Origin: Octopus bimaculoides
Taxonomy: Eukaryota
NCBI RefSeq assembly: GCF_001194135.2
Contig: NC_068982.1
Coordinates: 36,505,995 to 36,569,994 of the forward strand
Direction of reading: 5' to 3'
Length of the DNA stretch: 64,000 nucleotides
Position 1 is the stretch's first letter, and the number at the start of each line of letters is the position of its first letter. Below the pieces are notes generated by a model that saw only the letters and a program-made list of their open reading frames with translations, was not told the DNA's origin and ran no database searches. A program made the position numbers and the translations under genes. This document shows positions 1 to 12,852 of the stretch, piece after piece.

Positions 1-700
1 AATTTTGTCTTGTTATACTGAGATGGGCCTTTTAACCTACCATACAAATTTAATTGCCACAAGCACTAGCTAGCATTCCAGCTTTCAATTTAGAGCATGT
101 AGTCACATTCCCATTTTCCTCTAATTTCAAATGTGATACACTATTTTATGTTTCTGATGTCCAATCCTTTATCTTTCTTTCTCTTCTTCTCTCTTTTCTT
201 CTCACTTTTCATTTTTATCATGCTCTACTAAACTCTACTATTTTACAATTACTGTTATCAAATAGTATCTATCCTTACTGTAATCTCTCCCACCCTTGAT
301 TCAGTCTGATTGTATATATCACACTATCTTAACCTATTCTCTTTTTGGCATTTATAGGTTGTAAAATGTTTTACATCTCTGCTTTTATCTATTCTGTATC
401 TTCTATACTGAAGTCACCATCCAAAACTAATATTAAGCCAGTTTTAGCAAATACTCAAAACCATTGAAATTAGCTTCACCACCTTTCATCCTTCCTATCA
501 TCAACATAGTTATCCTTTTTATATACTGTCTTTATCCTCATGGCTTGCTTTACTCATTCAAACCACTATTTAACCATTTCACTTCGTCTCTGATGAAGGG
601 ATATTCCTAATATCCCAGAAACAGTTGTAAGACTAACTTTTTCTTTATAAATGTCCTAAAAAATCTACAGTCTTGGTTTTGTTGTTTCCTTTTATTTAAC
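1..700 (+). mobile_element. Probable Penelope-like element terminal region (pLTR/3' UTR) carrying the hammerhead
   Basis: Inferred only from the hammerhead, since minimal hammerheads in animals typically lie in PLE terminal repeats. No clear RT or GIY-YIG motif is readable in 1-585. Confidence 0.35.
586..633 (+). ncRNA. Minimal type I hammerhead ribozyme motif (PLE/retrozyme-type)
   Basis: GTCT (stem I 5', 586-589), CTGATGA (590-596), A, GGGATATT/cct/AATATCCC (8-bp stem II, 598-616), A, GAAA (618-621), C-agtt-G (stem III), TA cleavage site (GUA triplet 627-629), AGAC (stem I 3', 630-633). All conserved core nucleotides are present. Confidence 0.8.
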
Positions 701-1087
701 ACACACACATATTTAAAAAAAGAAAAAGATTGACTTCACCAGTAGTTCTAATCAGTTCAATTTATTATTTAAAATTTTTTTAATAATATGAATTTTACAC
801 TTTAGTTCATAGATCTAGTAAGTTCTTTGTTAACTAAAGTGGGGAGATTAAAAAAAAAAATTCTTTGTTAACCTTTCTGGAGAACTTTCTTGCATTCGTT
901 GTCAAACAGATCTGAGGGTTTGGGGCCTTTGGTGAGAAATATAATGGCCAGATGATACCAATTTCTTTTGGCTCCAGGAAGAATCAATGACAAAGTTGAC
1001 CTCATGGGATTTGGACTTGGAATGTAAAGCACCCTAAGTATGTACTGCAAAGTCTTTTGTCCAGTATGAGAGTGTATGTATGTATGC

Positions 1088-1090
<3 letters not shown>

Positions 1091-1135
<45 letters not shown>

Positions 1136-1158
1136 TTCTTTCTCTCTCTCTCTCTCTC
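1091..1158. repeat. (CT)n microsatellite
   Basis: Direct read of the sequence. Confidence 0.95.
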
Positions 1159-1163
1159 ATGTA

Positions 1164-1365
1164 TTCTTTTACTTGTTTCAGTCATTTGACTAGGGCCATG
1201 CTGGAGCACTGCCTTTAGTCAAACAAATCACTCCCAGGATTTATTCTTTGTAAGCCGAGTACTTATTCTATCGGTTTCTTTTTGCTGAACCACTAAGTGC
1301 CGGGAACATAAAGAAACCAATATCCGTTGTCAAGTGATGGCAGGGCAACAAACACAGGCACAAAT
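1164..1365 (-). mobile_element. SINE 3' half (family A tail)
   Basis: 'ttcttttacttgtttcagtcatttgactagggccatgctggagcact...' recurs in the same orientation at 53078-53290 and as the reverse complement at about 41920-42095 and 46580-46750. Confidence 0.8.
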
Positions 1366-2003
1366 AACAAATACATACATACATACATAACATACATACA
1401 TAACATACATACATACATACGATCCTGTACACATTCATTCTTAATATGCTTCCCACGATTTGACTATGCATATGTTAATCATTGTTGTATTTTACTTTCA
1501 GAGAAGACCTCCTTTCTGATGCTGTGTGTTGTTAGCACAATTACTTCTTTGATTCATTGATATAGGAGGACTTTAAGATACTTATGTCTCAACCTGATTG
1601 TGTCTCTTCAGTCAAAGCTACATCCCAGATCACTGTATCTAACAAGAATAGCGATTGTTGTTTATAGAATTCAGCAAGCAAATTATTCGGTAATCCATGC
1701 TGATGTCTGCTAAATTAATAATAAATTATAATCTATCATGATAATTATCATGAACACACATAAAACAACAAGCAGCAAAAGGATGATGTACAACATCCTC
1801 CAAGGCTATTGAAAATGACATTTGCCCAAGATGTTACACAGTGAGACTTCATGGTAGTGAAATGAACTTCTTAATCATCTGACACACACACACACACACA
1901 CTCTCTCTCTCTCTCTAACACACACACATACTCTTTCCTTCCCTCTCACTCCCTCTCTCGCTCTCTCTTTCCTACACATAAATGCACACACACTCACATG
2001 CAT

Positions 2004-2054
<51 letters not shown>

Positions 2055-2400
2055 TTCATCATCATCATCATTAGACAGTTTGACAGGAGCTGGAGAACCG
2101 GAGAGCTGTCCAGGCTCTAATTGTCTGTTTTAGCATGGTTTCTATGACCAGATGCCCTTCCTAATGCCAACCACTTTACAGTGTGCTGGGTGCTTTTTAT
2201 GTACTACCAGCATGGGTGCTCTTTCATGACACTAGTACAAGTACTTTTTACTAGGGGACTGGCACAAGTGCTTTTCATGTGGCATCAGCACGAGTAATGT
2301 GGCACTGGCACGAAGTTCTTTTACGTGGCACTGGCACAAGTGCATTTTATATAGCACCGGCATGAGTGCGTATCACATGGTATGGGCACCTGCATGTCAA
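2004..2400 (-). mobile_element. RTE-tail SINE/LINE 3' end with (CAT)n tail and a degenerate ~24-bp internal tandem array
   Basis: Reverse complement of the 'ggttggcattaggaagggcat...gatgatgat' tail seen at 19350-19515 and 61080-61300. The 'gtggcactggcacaagtg'-like unit repeats through 2190-2390. Confidence 0.75.
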
Positions 2401-2839
2401 AGACCTCTCAGCCTAATAATCATTATGAAATTGAGAAACAGTTGTTAACACACATTGCAACTGCTACTGCTGCAGCTAGAAACAAAATTATTTTCTTTAC
2501 ATTTAGAAACTTGGATATTGATTCATGACAATCGATTCCATAGAGTTTGCAGATATATAACAAAAATGAGTGATGTAATATCAATTAGAAATCCAATAAG
2601 AAACTGTAAACACTGCCTAGACAAATATTACACATATTTCTCCTCCTACAATCATTTTAAACAAAAAAAATATTTGAACTTGTTTCATTCTGATACTCTA
2701 TTAAAAAATTCTTTATAAAGAATTTCAAGAATGATGTAAATGACTACTTCCCAATTTCAATGCTACCATTTCTACTGCATGCATACATTAAGCTCCCATG
2801 TTTTTCTACAAGAACACACACACAAACTGAAAAAAAAAC

Positions 2840-2848
2840 AATCTATCA

Positions 2849-2902
<54 letters not shown>

Positions 2903-2992
2903 ATATATATATATATATATATCTAGCTGTTTTTCTGTTTGTCTGTTTGTCTGTTTACCTTCCTACCTATCACTGTCTCTAATTATCTGTTG

Positions 2993-3024
<32 letters not shown>

Positions 3025-3051
3025 TTATCTATCTATTTATCTATCTATCTA

Positions 3052-3103
<52 letters not shown>

Positions 3104-3209
3104 CCTATCTATCTGTTTGTCTGTCTGTCAGTCCACCCGTCTGTCTTTCGGTCTACTTCTCTATCTATTTGCCTTCCTATCTACCACTCTATCTAATTAT
3201 CTGTCTCTA

Positions 3210-3284
<75 letters not shown>

Positions 3285-3285
3285 G
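2840..3285. repeat. Compound (ATCT)n/(TA)n/(GTCT)n microsatellite
   Basis: Direct read; it explains ORFs 2740-2982, 2760-3338 and 2939-3196. Confidence 0.95.
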
Positions 3286-4144
3286 TCTTCGTTTGTTTAT
3301 TTTCACATCCATTCTCCATGCTAGCATGGGTTATATGAATATATTATTGAGGCATTGTTTGTAGCTAGATGCCCTCACTTGTTAACCCTTGCCTGTTTTG
3401 CAAGTTAAAAATCTCATATTTCCATATGCTTCCAAAGGTATAAAGTAGGCAATTTATTGGCTACAAAATGACAACAACAACACTGCTTGTAACTCATTCA
3501 CTTTTGGAGAAGTGAAAATGTACAGACACATGCATACTTATACATATGTATGCACACATACACATACGTATCTATAGATATACATACATATATACATACA
3601 TGCAGGCATGCTTCTTTCAATTTCTGTCAACCAAATCCACTCACGAAGACTTTGGTCAGCCTTGGACTACAGAATTCAGATTGAATGGGTGTTCGGTGGT
3701 AAAGGATGATTTTGGAAGAGCAAGATGGGTGGCAAGGGGACTGGGTTCAAGAAGAGGGATTATAGATTGCATAAAATGGAGGAAGGAATACGTGCAGTTC
3801 TGCTTTCATATTATTACAGCAGCTGAGCAATAATACCACAGTAAAAGGGGTGTAGCAGGGTGGGTGTTACAAGGATGAATAGCTGGGAAGGCTCAACATG
3901 TACAGACTGGGTACAGTGGAGAGCATAGATATTGACAATATGCTTTTTGGATCTCATTTTTACTTAGATGGCCAGGTCTTCTTGAGCACAATGAATCATC
4001 ATTCATTTTGGTCCTTTGTCAACTCCTCCTTGAGGCTCAACCTGAGGTTGAACTTTACTACTTCATCTCACATTTTTCTGAGTCTCCCTCTTGCCCAATA
4101 CTCCAAGTTTAACTTGAAATATATACATTTACTCATCATGGTGT

Positions 4145-4480
4145 AATATTAGAGAATAAAGAAGGATTGTATTGTAGAGAAGGATGTGATGTGTATTAAA
4201 GAATGGAGTTATATATATACTCAGATGGAGTGTTGTGTATAGTAGAGAATAGAGTGAGGTGTATATAAGAGAACAGAATGATGTGTATATTAGAGAATAG
4301 AGTGATATGTATTGTAGAGAATGGAGTTATATGTATACTAGTGCATGGAATAATGTGTATATTAAAGAATGGAGTTAAGTGTATGCTAGTGGACGGAATG
4401 ATGTGTATATTAGGGAACAGAGTAATGTGTATACTGGTGGATAGAGTGATGTGTATGTTAGAAAATGGAGTGATGGAGTG
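4145..4480. repeat. Degenerate 24-bp minisatellite (~14 units)
   Basis: Units such as tatattagagaatagagtgatatg, tatactagtgcatggaataatgtg and tatattaaagaatggagttaagtg follow one another at 24-bp spacing. Confidence 0.85.
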
Positions 4481-5309
4481 GTAATGGTGTATGGTGCTTG
4501 TTGTCACAAGATATGCCACAGTGCTGAATCTCCTCCTCTGGCATAAGTATTACTTGAAAATAAATAAAATCTCATAATGAATAATCATAAATTCATGAGT
4601 GCAAGATATTTCAAATTAGACTTAACTAATTCATTTGAAATTTCTATTAATTGATTTATTATTTATCTATTTATTTGATTTTTATCCTCTAGCTTCATGT
4701 GTTTTTACCACTTCAGTCCCATTTCCAATTCAAGCAAAACTGACCCATCAAATAAATATTGTTTCTCCTTTGTTTTATTCATTGTATTATGTGTATATTT
4801 TGATTAATATACAGGAGTAAAGATTAACTAGCCTTAGTTGGTTTCTGTGTTGAATGAATGTTGTCAGCTCTTACCATTGGCACTGGCTGGTCTTCTACCC
4901 CACCCTATTCCAAATACAGCTACTACTAGTACTATTTAGAATAATCCATTTAAGCTGTCCACTCTATATATTCTTTGTCTATACGCTTATAAAAGATGTG
5001 TTAAAGTATCACCAGTCTGCCAGAAATGTCATAATACCTTTTGTGTGCTTATTGACTTTGCTACTGACAAAATATTGAATTTCTATTACATTTCAACTCA
5101 TGTGAGGTTACAGGAAAAGAGGAGAAATATATATATATGTGATAACATTTATTTCACCTAGAAAACAAGTCAGTGAAGTTAATGTTTACTCCAGCATAGT
5201 TGAATGGTTTGCTTCACAATCATGAGGTCTTAGTTTCAATTACACCATACAACATCTTGAGCAGCCTCTGATTACTTAAAAAAGAAAAAAAAAAAGAAAA
5301 AAAGGATAA

Positions 5310-5545
5310 ATTGCCTTCCTGAGTCATATAGACTCATAAGGATGGTTTCCCAGTTTCTGTAGCATATATATACCCCCTTGATGGGATGGCAGTCCATCAC
5401 AAGACTCCTCACTTTTACCAGCTGGGTGGACTGGAGTGACGTGAAATGAAGTGTTTTGCCCAAGAACACAATGTATTGCCCAGTCCAGGAATCAAAACCA
5501 CAATCTTATGATCATGATTTCAACACCCTAACCACACCTCCACTC
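5310..5545 (-). mobile_element. tRNA-type SINE (family C)
   Basis: 'gggtggactggagtgacgtgaaatgaagtgttttgcccaagaacacaa...ggaatcaaaaccacaatcttatgatcatg' recurs at about 47940-48050 and 48540-48665. Confidence 0.75.
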
Positions 5546-6339
5546 TGATCACTTCTAGCCCTTCAAGTGAAATTGAGTAGACAGAAACAGCAGATAAGGA
5601 CACTGGATGGATTGTATCTGTAAATCAAATGTTCACTGTAAGTCAAGTGTTTAAGATTTAAATTTATTTCAATCTGTCTGATTTGTGTGAATAAAATATA
5701 TATTGCTTAATTAATTTTGAGAGGTCAAAAGGATAAATATGCAAATTAAGGTATCAGTGGTAAAATAAGTTCTGATGTCTTTATATAGAAGCTAAAAATT
5801 CTATACTCTTAAGTGAGGAAGGAAACTGAGTACATCTCTGAGGACCAGTCAACAGTTAAATGGTCCATTAGGAGACTCCTTTCAACTTCTTCCTGCCCAC
5901 CAAAGTATAGGATTTCTAACACACACACACATATGTATACATAGTTGTTTCTTGGTTTAAGTCGTACTCAGTCTGAATGGTTTCCTGTTAGTATAGTTTT
6001 GGTGGTGCTGCTTTAGTATGCAGTGTTCTGCAGTACATGATCTGATTAAGGTTAGGGTTAGAATGCATGCAAAAGTGTAAATGGCCATGTAGATCACAAG
6101 CTAAAATGGCACTGCTTTGGCTTTGTTCAGTTTTTCTTGTTGCACATATCATTTAGAAATGACTTTTCATCATTTCATCAGTTCTGTTTTGGTTTTTCTT
6201 ATTCTTTTATTTAACTCAGTTCATTTCAGCAATAGTGAGTTAGACTAACATGTTAAATTAGTACTTCAGTTAGATTTATATTTTTATATTTTGTGAAATA
6301 TTTTTTGTGATTGAATAAAAGAGGTTTGAATGTCTAGCC

Positions 6340-6900
6340 CAAAAAATTGACAAGAAAGTTTACGTCTCAAGAAATGAAAATTGTAATATTAATCAAGTTT
6401 GGAATAGAAAAGTTTCACCAGAAACTCTGAAATAGTTTAGTATAAATGAAACAGCTGTAAGAACAATTAAAAGAAATGAATAAGAAAATTAGAGTTTACA
6501 AAATTTATTTCAAGATCTTCAATAGGTTCAAAATACACATTATATGTACATAGTAGCATTATGAATTATAGAAACAATGGAAAAGCTGTTATTTTGGATA
6601 GAAAATAAATACCAAAGGCTTACCTACTGAGATCTTTGTGATGTGACAAAAAATAGTAAGAATTTTTAATCAAATCAGCATTATCAATCAAGCCATCTTA
6701 TCAACTACAATTTGCGTTTCCAGACTGTAAGGAATAACTTCAGACAATAAGGAATAATTTTTTTGATGAAAGTTTCCTGTGTATAAAATTACATATCAAA
6801 AGTGAATCAAGCAGTTAGAAAACTGCTGAAAAATTTGTGCCTCAATTAGCTAAAATAACCGAAGAAAATTCCTATTCTTTGAAATAACTATTTAGTAAAT
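6340..6900 (+). mobile_element. Degenerate Tigger/pogo (CENP-B-like) transposase fragment
   Basis: Broken frames give SINETAVRTIKRNE, IETMEKLLFWIENK and TAEKFVPQLAKITEENSYS. These match the Tigger HTH region and the A..AAEKF...L..II.E.GY motif before the first catalytic Asp. Many stops and frameshifts. Confidence 0.6.
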
Positions 6901-6921
6901 AGCAATCTTTAGGTCCCATTT

Positions 6922-7100
6922 AATGTGAATGTATTGTAAGAACACTGTAATACTGCGATATTCATCTTGAAAGAACATTCTTTATAGACGTTTTCATCTG
7001 CTGCTGATATTCCAGTGCTTTTAAACACTAAACATTATACGAAATGCTCTCTCGAGATGAATACCACTGTATTATAGCATTCTTACAATACATTCATGTT
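6922..7100. repeat. Imperfect inverted repeat (~70-bp arms, ~35-bp loop), MITE-like
   Basis: Left arm aatgtgaatgtattgtaagaacactgtaatactgcgatattcatcttgaaagaacatt matches the reverse complement of the right arm, aacatgaatgtattgtaagaatgctataatacagtggtattcatctcgagagagcatt. Confidence 0.8.
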
Positions 7101-7784
7101 AAATATGACATAAGGATTGCTGTTCAGTACTAATACCGCTTCCATCACTAATATCTAATGTTTACCAAGACTGCTTACTATTTGCAACACCAGTACCTAA
7201 TTTGTCACTACTTTTGGCCAAATATAAGTTTGGCCAGCATATGGTGACAATGGTGATAGTAGATTCCTACTGCTGATGAAGCACAAACATGCAGATATCA
7301 TGTGATCTAGCAGTTCCATCATTGGTGCTGGAAATTTTTGTCTGCCACTGAAATTTTTGTGCTTTTAAGCACTGAAGACTATGAGAGATGCTCTCTCATG
7401 TGTTGCTTATTTCCAGACACTTTTGTGTCTAATCATTTTCCTCATTCTCTTAAGAATTAAAGAACATCAAGAATAAAAAACTGAAGTAAATATTTTCACA
7501 TTTACTTAATCTTGTATTCCTGCTCAATTGGTTTAAATTACGTATATGTCATTTACATTATTAAATTATGAAGTATATTAGTAACACAGAGTGTGTAACT
7601 TTAACACAGGGTATTAGATACTGGGCTGCTATAAAGTTACCAGTTTATAATCTAATTTTTTATGTGAAAGTTAACTTTTCAAAGGAATTATAGTAGTATT
7701 CTATTAAGCTGAATATGTCTTCATTACAAACAATTAATACAATTAATAGCTATTTTGCAATCTGGACACTGCTGAGTGTTCTGC

Positions 7785-7785
<1 letters not shown>

Positions 7786-7855
<70 letters not shown>

Positions 7856-8030
7856 CACACACACACACATGCACACATGCACACACACATACACACATTC
7901 ACATACATGCTTGCACACAAACACACATACATGCTTGCACACACATACACACAAGTACACACACACATACACACACATGCACACACACACATGCTTGTGC
8001 ACGCACAAGCACACACACACACGTGCGGAC
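7786..8030. repeat. (CA)n and degenerate CA-rich microsatellite
   Basis: Direct read; it explains the His-Thr and Val-Cys ORFs at 7715-8095. Confidence 0.95.
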
Positions 8031-8669
8031 ACATATGCACCCCACCACATACATTGTGTATACAGTTTCAAAAAATTAACTCCGTAAACAGCTAATGTTA
8101 CCTGCTGGTTTTGTAAATAATTAATCTTCCTTATAATGAAAGAATAATTAAATACTCATTAAACATCAGTCAGAAATGTATAGCTTGAGCTCTCTTGTTC
8201 TGGATTTTTCAAAAGAAAACATCCAACTGACTAATCACAGAGTTTTTAGTTACAGCAAAAAAAAAAGCAAGGAAATCTGTAAAGGTGGGTCTCGAACAAA
8301 CTTAACATATTGCCCTGCATTTTTTTTCTATTTTTAGAGGGGCGTGTATTTTGAGTTATTTTAGGGGTAATTTCTCTACAACCAAAGATGCTACGACTTT
8401 TCCATTTGAACCTCCAGAGCAAAAGATCCCAAGCTTTACATTTTCATTTGGTCATGTCCATTGTGGGAAAGGTTAATTATTTAAGAAACTATCTGATAAT
8501 TTTGGCTGTTTATGGAGCTAATTTTGTAATACACTATATATAAATAACACATGCTCTATTGTACATTTTTCTGACTTATAAAACCTCCTCGGACAATTAT
8601 TGTGTCAAGTCAAATGTTTTGCAATATTTTATATCTTTGCTTTATTCATCAAGTTACAATAAAAATAGC

Positions 8670-9030
8670 TTTGCATTCAAAGTAGAGGTCATTGTGTTGC
8701 ACCGTTTGTAGCCACCTTTCTATCAGTTCTTAGAGCCCATGCTGAGACCTGTTCATGTCCTTCTAGGTGAAGAACTTCACTGAAGCTTCCACCTCCTTTT
8801 GGCTGATGGAGCAGCATAAGTGTAGGAAGTGAGCCATGGATTGGAACAACAACCTGAGGGAACTAGGTCTGGATTATATGCTGGGTGTGGCATCAGTCTG
8901 ATTCCCTCAAGTTTCTGAAATTTATTCCAGGTTGTCCAAGTGGTGTGAAGTCTTGCATTATCTTTACTGGAGAAGAGCTTGCTTGCTGTTAGATAATGTT
9001 GGGTATTTTTGCTATGCTATGGTGTACATC
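8670..9030 (-). mobile_element. Mariner transposase C-terminal remnant
   Basis: Minus strand gives DNARLHT...LMPHPAYNPDLVPS (a variant of HPPYSPDLAPSD) and, after a frameshift, ELIERWLQTVQHNDLYFE. Confidence 0.75.
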
Positions 9031-9276
9031 TGCTCCAGTCTATCAAACAATGAATAGCCCAAACATAGTTATAAGGAGTACTGGAAATGAATGACACTGA
9101 ATGGGCCTTTTGTTTAATACTGGTTTCATTGTTGTTGATATTATTATTGTCATTCAGTCCCCAACTAGTCTTTATCAAGTAAACTACAGTTAAAAGGCCT
9201 TCTAACTGTGACCACTCCTCACCCCTTTTTTTTTATATCAGGACATGTTACATTGTCTAAAATATTCAACATTATT

Positions 9277-9452
9277 AAGGTGGTGAGTTGACAATCATTA
9301 GCATGCCTGGCAAAATGCTTAACAGTTCTGAGTTCTGATTCAAATTCCACTGAGGTCGACTTTGCCTTTCATCTTTTCAGGGTTAATGAAATAAGAGGCA
9401 GTTGAACGCTGGGGTCGATGTAATTGACATGCCCCACCCCCCAAAATTTGTA
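9277..9452 (+). mobile_element. tRNA-type SINE (family B)
   Basis: 'aaggtggtgagttg...ttcaaattccactgaggtcgactttgcctttcatc...ggggtcgatgtaattgac' is homologous to 12028-12247, 12638-12852, 14395-14612, 36400-36610 and 53960-54090. Confidence 0.85.
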
Positions 9453-9802
9453 ATCAATATATCCAGCATTATTCGAACTAGTAAATTTTGATTTACAACA
9501 CACTCAAGAAGGTTTTGAAACAAGAAGTTTTTGTCAATAAGTCGTCAAAAACTCTCATGCCCCCTCTCTCTCTATTTCCATCACTCTATGTCTCTTTCTT
9601 TGTATGTATGCTTTCTTTTCGGTCTCTATTCCACTTGCAGTTATCCAAAGAAAGAAAGATTAAAGGCAGAAAAAAACAGAGTTTAATGTCATACAACTGT
9701 ACCACCACTTTCATCACTGTTACTCTCTTCTTTCTCTCCCTCTATCAAGATTTCTTTCTTCGTGTGTATCTCTCACTCTCTATATTTCTTCTACTTTTCC
9801 AG

Positions 9803-9859
<57 letters not shown>

Positions 9860-10184
9860 TTAAAGAGAGATGTTAGGAGGAAGAAAACGCTAATATCACC
9901 CTAATAAAAATTTTAATCTTTCTTTTACTGGCACCATCATCCATTTCTAGCTTTCTTTGTTTCTACATCTTCCCAATATTACTTTATTTCAACTTTAGAT
10001 TACTCTTCATTTCCTTTCTTGACAGACGGTAGGGTGTGGTTTAAAGGAGATCTGGCAGCTATTTCTCAGAATATATGAACTTCTCAGTGCACTGGCAAAT
10101 AATAAACAGTGTTGTGGGTGTTGTTTTGTAGTTTCTAATCACAAAGTGGACATACACACAGAAAACTCACATTTATACATAAAG

Positions 10185-10225
<41 letters not shown>

Positions 10226-10411
10226 TGTATGTATGTGCTATGTGTGTGCATATGCATGTGTATATGCCTGTATATGTGTAAGTAGGAAAGTGTCTTAACA
10301 TACACATACTGGTATACATATTTTATTATTCAAATGTCGTTGATAGCTTTGACAAAATATTCGATCAAATTCCTTGCTATTCATACATACAAAGACTCAC
10401 ATACACACACT

Positions 10412-10482
<71 letters not shown>

Positions 10483-11739
10483 TGTTTATACAGGCACATA
10501 AACATACATACTTGCATATTTCAAGAAAGAAGTAATTAAAATTATCAAGTGATAATTGTAATTGCCTCAAAACTTTAATTAAAAATTGCTCACATGGCTT
10601 TTGTTTGATTTTAGTTATTTTGCTGTAAAATACATTTTATATATTTCAATGTAGAATATTTGTTGTTATGATGTATTGGTAGTTCACTAATCCCAACAAC
10701 AAAATTTCAGTTTTTACCTAACATCAATATCAGCTTTTTCACATAGATATATTTCTTCTAAATTATCACTTTCATACTTAGCTAACCAATAATAGTCATC
10801 ACTAAAACAAATTGCAACTCATAAGGCATTATCTTGAGAATATTTTCTACTTTCACTGTTGTATCATGTCTTCTTTTCAGCACTTATATTCACATTTGTT
10901 TCTCCATGCTTTGATCCCTCCTCTATGATGTTTACCTGCAGATCAACTCTGATTAAGTAGACTTTCAAAGGCTTTCCAGTTATAAATTCTCACAATATCC
11001 AAAAGGACTGAACAACAATCTCTTGGGCATTGTATATCAAGGATTATAACATCTATTGTGTCTCTCCTTGTTCAAAACGGTAGGATTTGATTTGAAAAAC
11101 TAAACCCTATCAGGTTTAGTAATCATTTGTAGTTGTTTCATTAACTTGATTATTTCCCTAGTTGCAACACTTTAGGTAACTAGATTTGTATCCTATATAG
11201 TTTATGTTTCTAGCATTCAGTGATCATAATATTTTTTTTTTTTGTGGTTGGTTCAATATTTCGTAAAGATAGAGAGCGTGTCAGTAAAAGACCGAAGATT
11301 TTCTTATATAAACCATTGAGATAGTACTTTTAACAGTTATTTTGTGTTAAAAATTGAGTTTTCTGGAGAAATGGAATTTTTTTTTTTGGTTTGGAATTTC
11401 AAATTGATAAAGCTGAGATGATTTCATAAACCAAAAATAAAAATATATAATTAAATAGAAAAATTTTTGAAAATGGAAATAAATTTAAACTTGAATCATA
11501 AATTCAATACAAAAACTGAAATTTTTGATTGATTGGAATTCTAGTGAGGTTTCTCTTTTTTGTTTTAAATTTGATTTAAGTCTAAACATAAGTAGTGTGA
11601 AAAGTAAAAAAAAAAAAAAAAAGACCATTGAACTGAAGTACTCATCTTTGCTTCTGAGTTAACTAACACTGAAAAAATGAAATTGCTTATACTACTTAAT
11701 ATTCATTTCTGACATTTGTACAGGGTCACAAATTATAGG

Positions 11740-12852
11740 CAAGAGTATAGTTGAAAAAATTGACCCCAGTACTTGACACTGATACTTTATGTTATTGATT
11801 CCAAAGCATGAAAGCCAAAGTTGATCCCAATGGTATTTGAATTCTCAATGTAAAGAAACATTATCAAAACCACAAGGTGTTTTGTTCCGTGCTCTCTCAA
11901 TTGTGCTAATGAACTACTCTCACCACTTTATAATTTCCTTATAATATTGATTTCTAATATAGGCACAAGACCTCAAATTTTGGGAAAGTGTATAGTCAAC
12001 TGAACTGATATCAATATTTGATTAGTGAAAGGTGGCAAGCTGGCAGAATCATTAACATGCTGGGCAAAATGCTTAGCAGCATTTTATTTGTCTCTATGTT
12101 CTGAGTTCAAATTCTGTCAAGGTCAATTTTGCTTTTCATCCTTCCGGGGTTAATAAAACAAGTACCAGTTGAATACTGGGGTTGATGTAATCAACTTACA
12201 CCACTCCACCAAAATTGCTGGCCTTGTGCCAAACTTGAAACCAATATCTAATTACTGATCTTAAAGGCCTTGAAAAGACAAAGAAGTTGATGCTAATGGA
12301 ATTCGAACTTAGAATATTTAAGGACTGTAACAACATGTTTTGTTCATACCTTTAATGATTCTGCCAGTACATTGTTCTTCTGCACAAGAAGATAGTTAAA
12401 CTATGCTGAATCTGTTTGAAAAATTTCTTGTGAATTAACAGAATACATAACTATATTCATATAATATGTTTGTTTGGTCTGTTATTTAGTTGAGCCAATA
12501 ATATTGATGCTCCCATGATTGCTCTCATGTTAATTCAATGACGATGGAAAGAGTTACTCTGGTATAAAGTTATACAAACTGCTTTACTGAAAAGATATAA
12601 GCATTTACTTCATGTCAATATTTGAGGAAGTACAAAATGGTGAGCTGGCAGAACTGTTAGTGAACAGGAAAATGTTTAGCAGCATTTCGTCCATCTCTAT
12701 GTTATGAATTCAAATTCTGCTGAGGTCGACTTTGCATTTCATCCTCTCAGGATCAATATAATAAAGTACAAGTTGAACACTAGTGTCAATGTAATCAACT
12801 TAGCCCCTCCCCTGAAATTGCTGGCCTTGTGGCAAAATTTGAAACCAATATT
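11740..12852. mobile_element. Cluster of family B SINE copies in alternating orientations
   Basis: Plus-strand copies at 12028-12247 and 12638-12852. Partial minus-strand copies at about 11740-11870, 11955-12020 and 12250-12370. Confidence 0.7.

Noticed and set aside
6046-6062. GGTTAGGGTTAG telomere-like motif
   Set aside because: Only two units, too short to call an interstitial telomeric repeat.
7370-7400. CTGAAGA followed by an ATGAGAGA/TCTCTCAT hairpin
   Set aside because: No GAAA or cleavage-site arm follows the stem.
7715-8095. His-Thr, Val-Cys, Tyr-Ile and Leu-Ser-Ile-Tyr repeat ORFs here and at 2740-3338, 15545-15834, 18878-19161, 30092-30543, 39451-40172, 51490-52563 and 61130-61627
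   Set aside because: They are translations of microsatellites and N-gaps, not genes.
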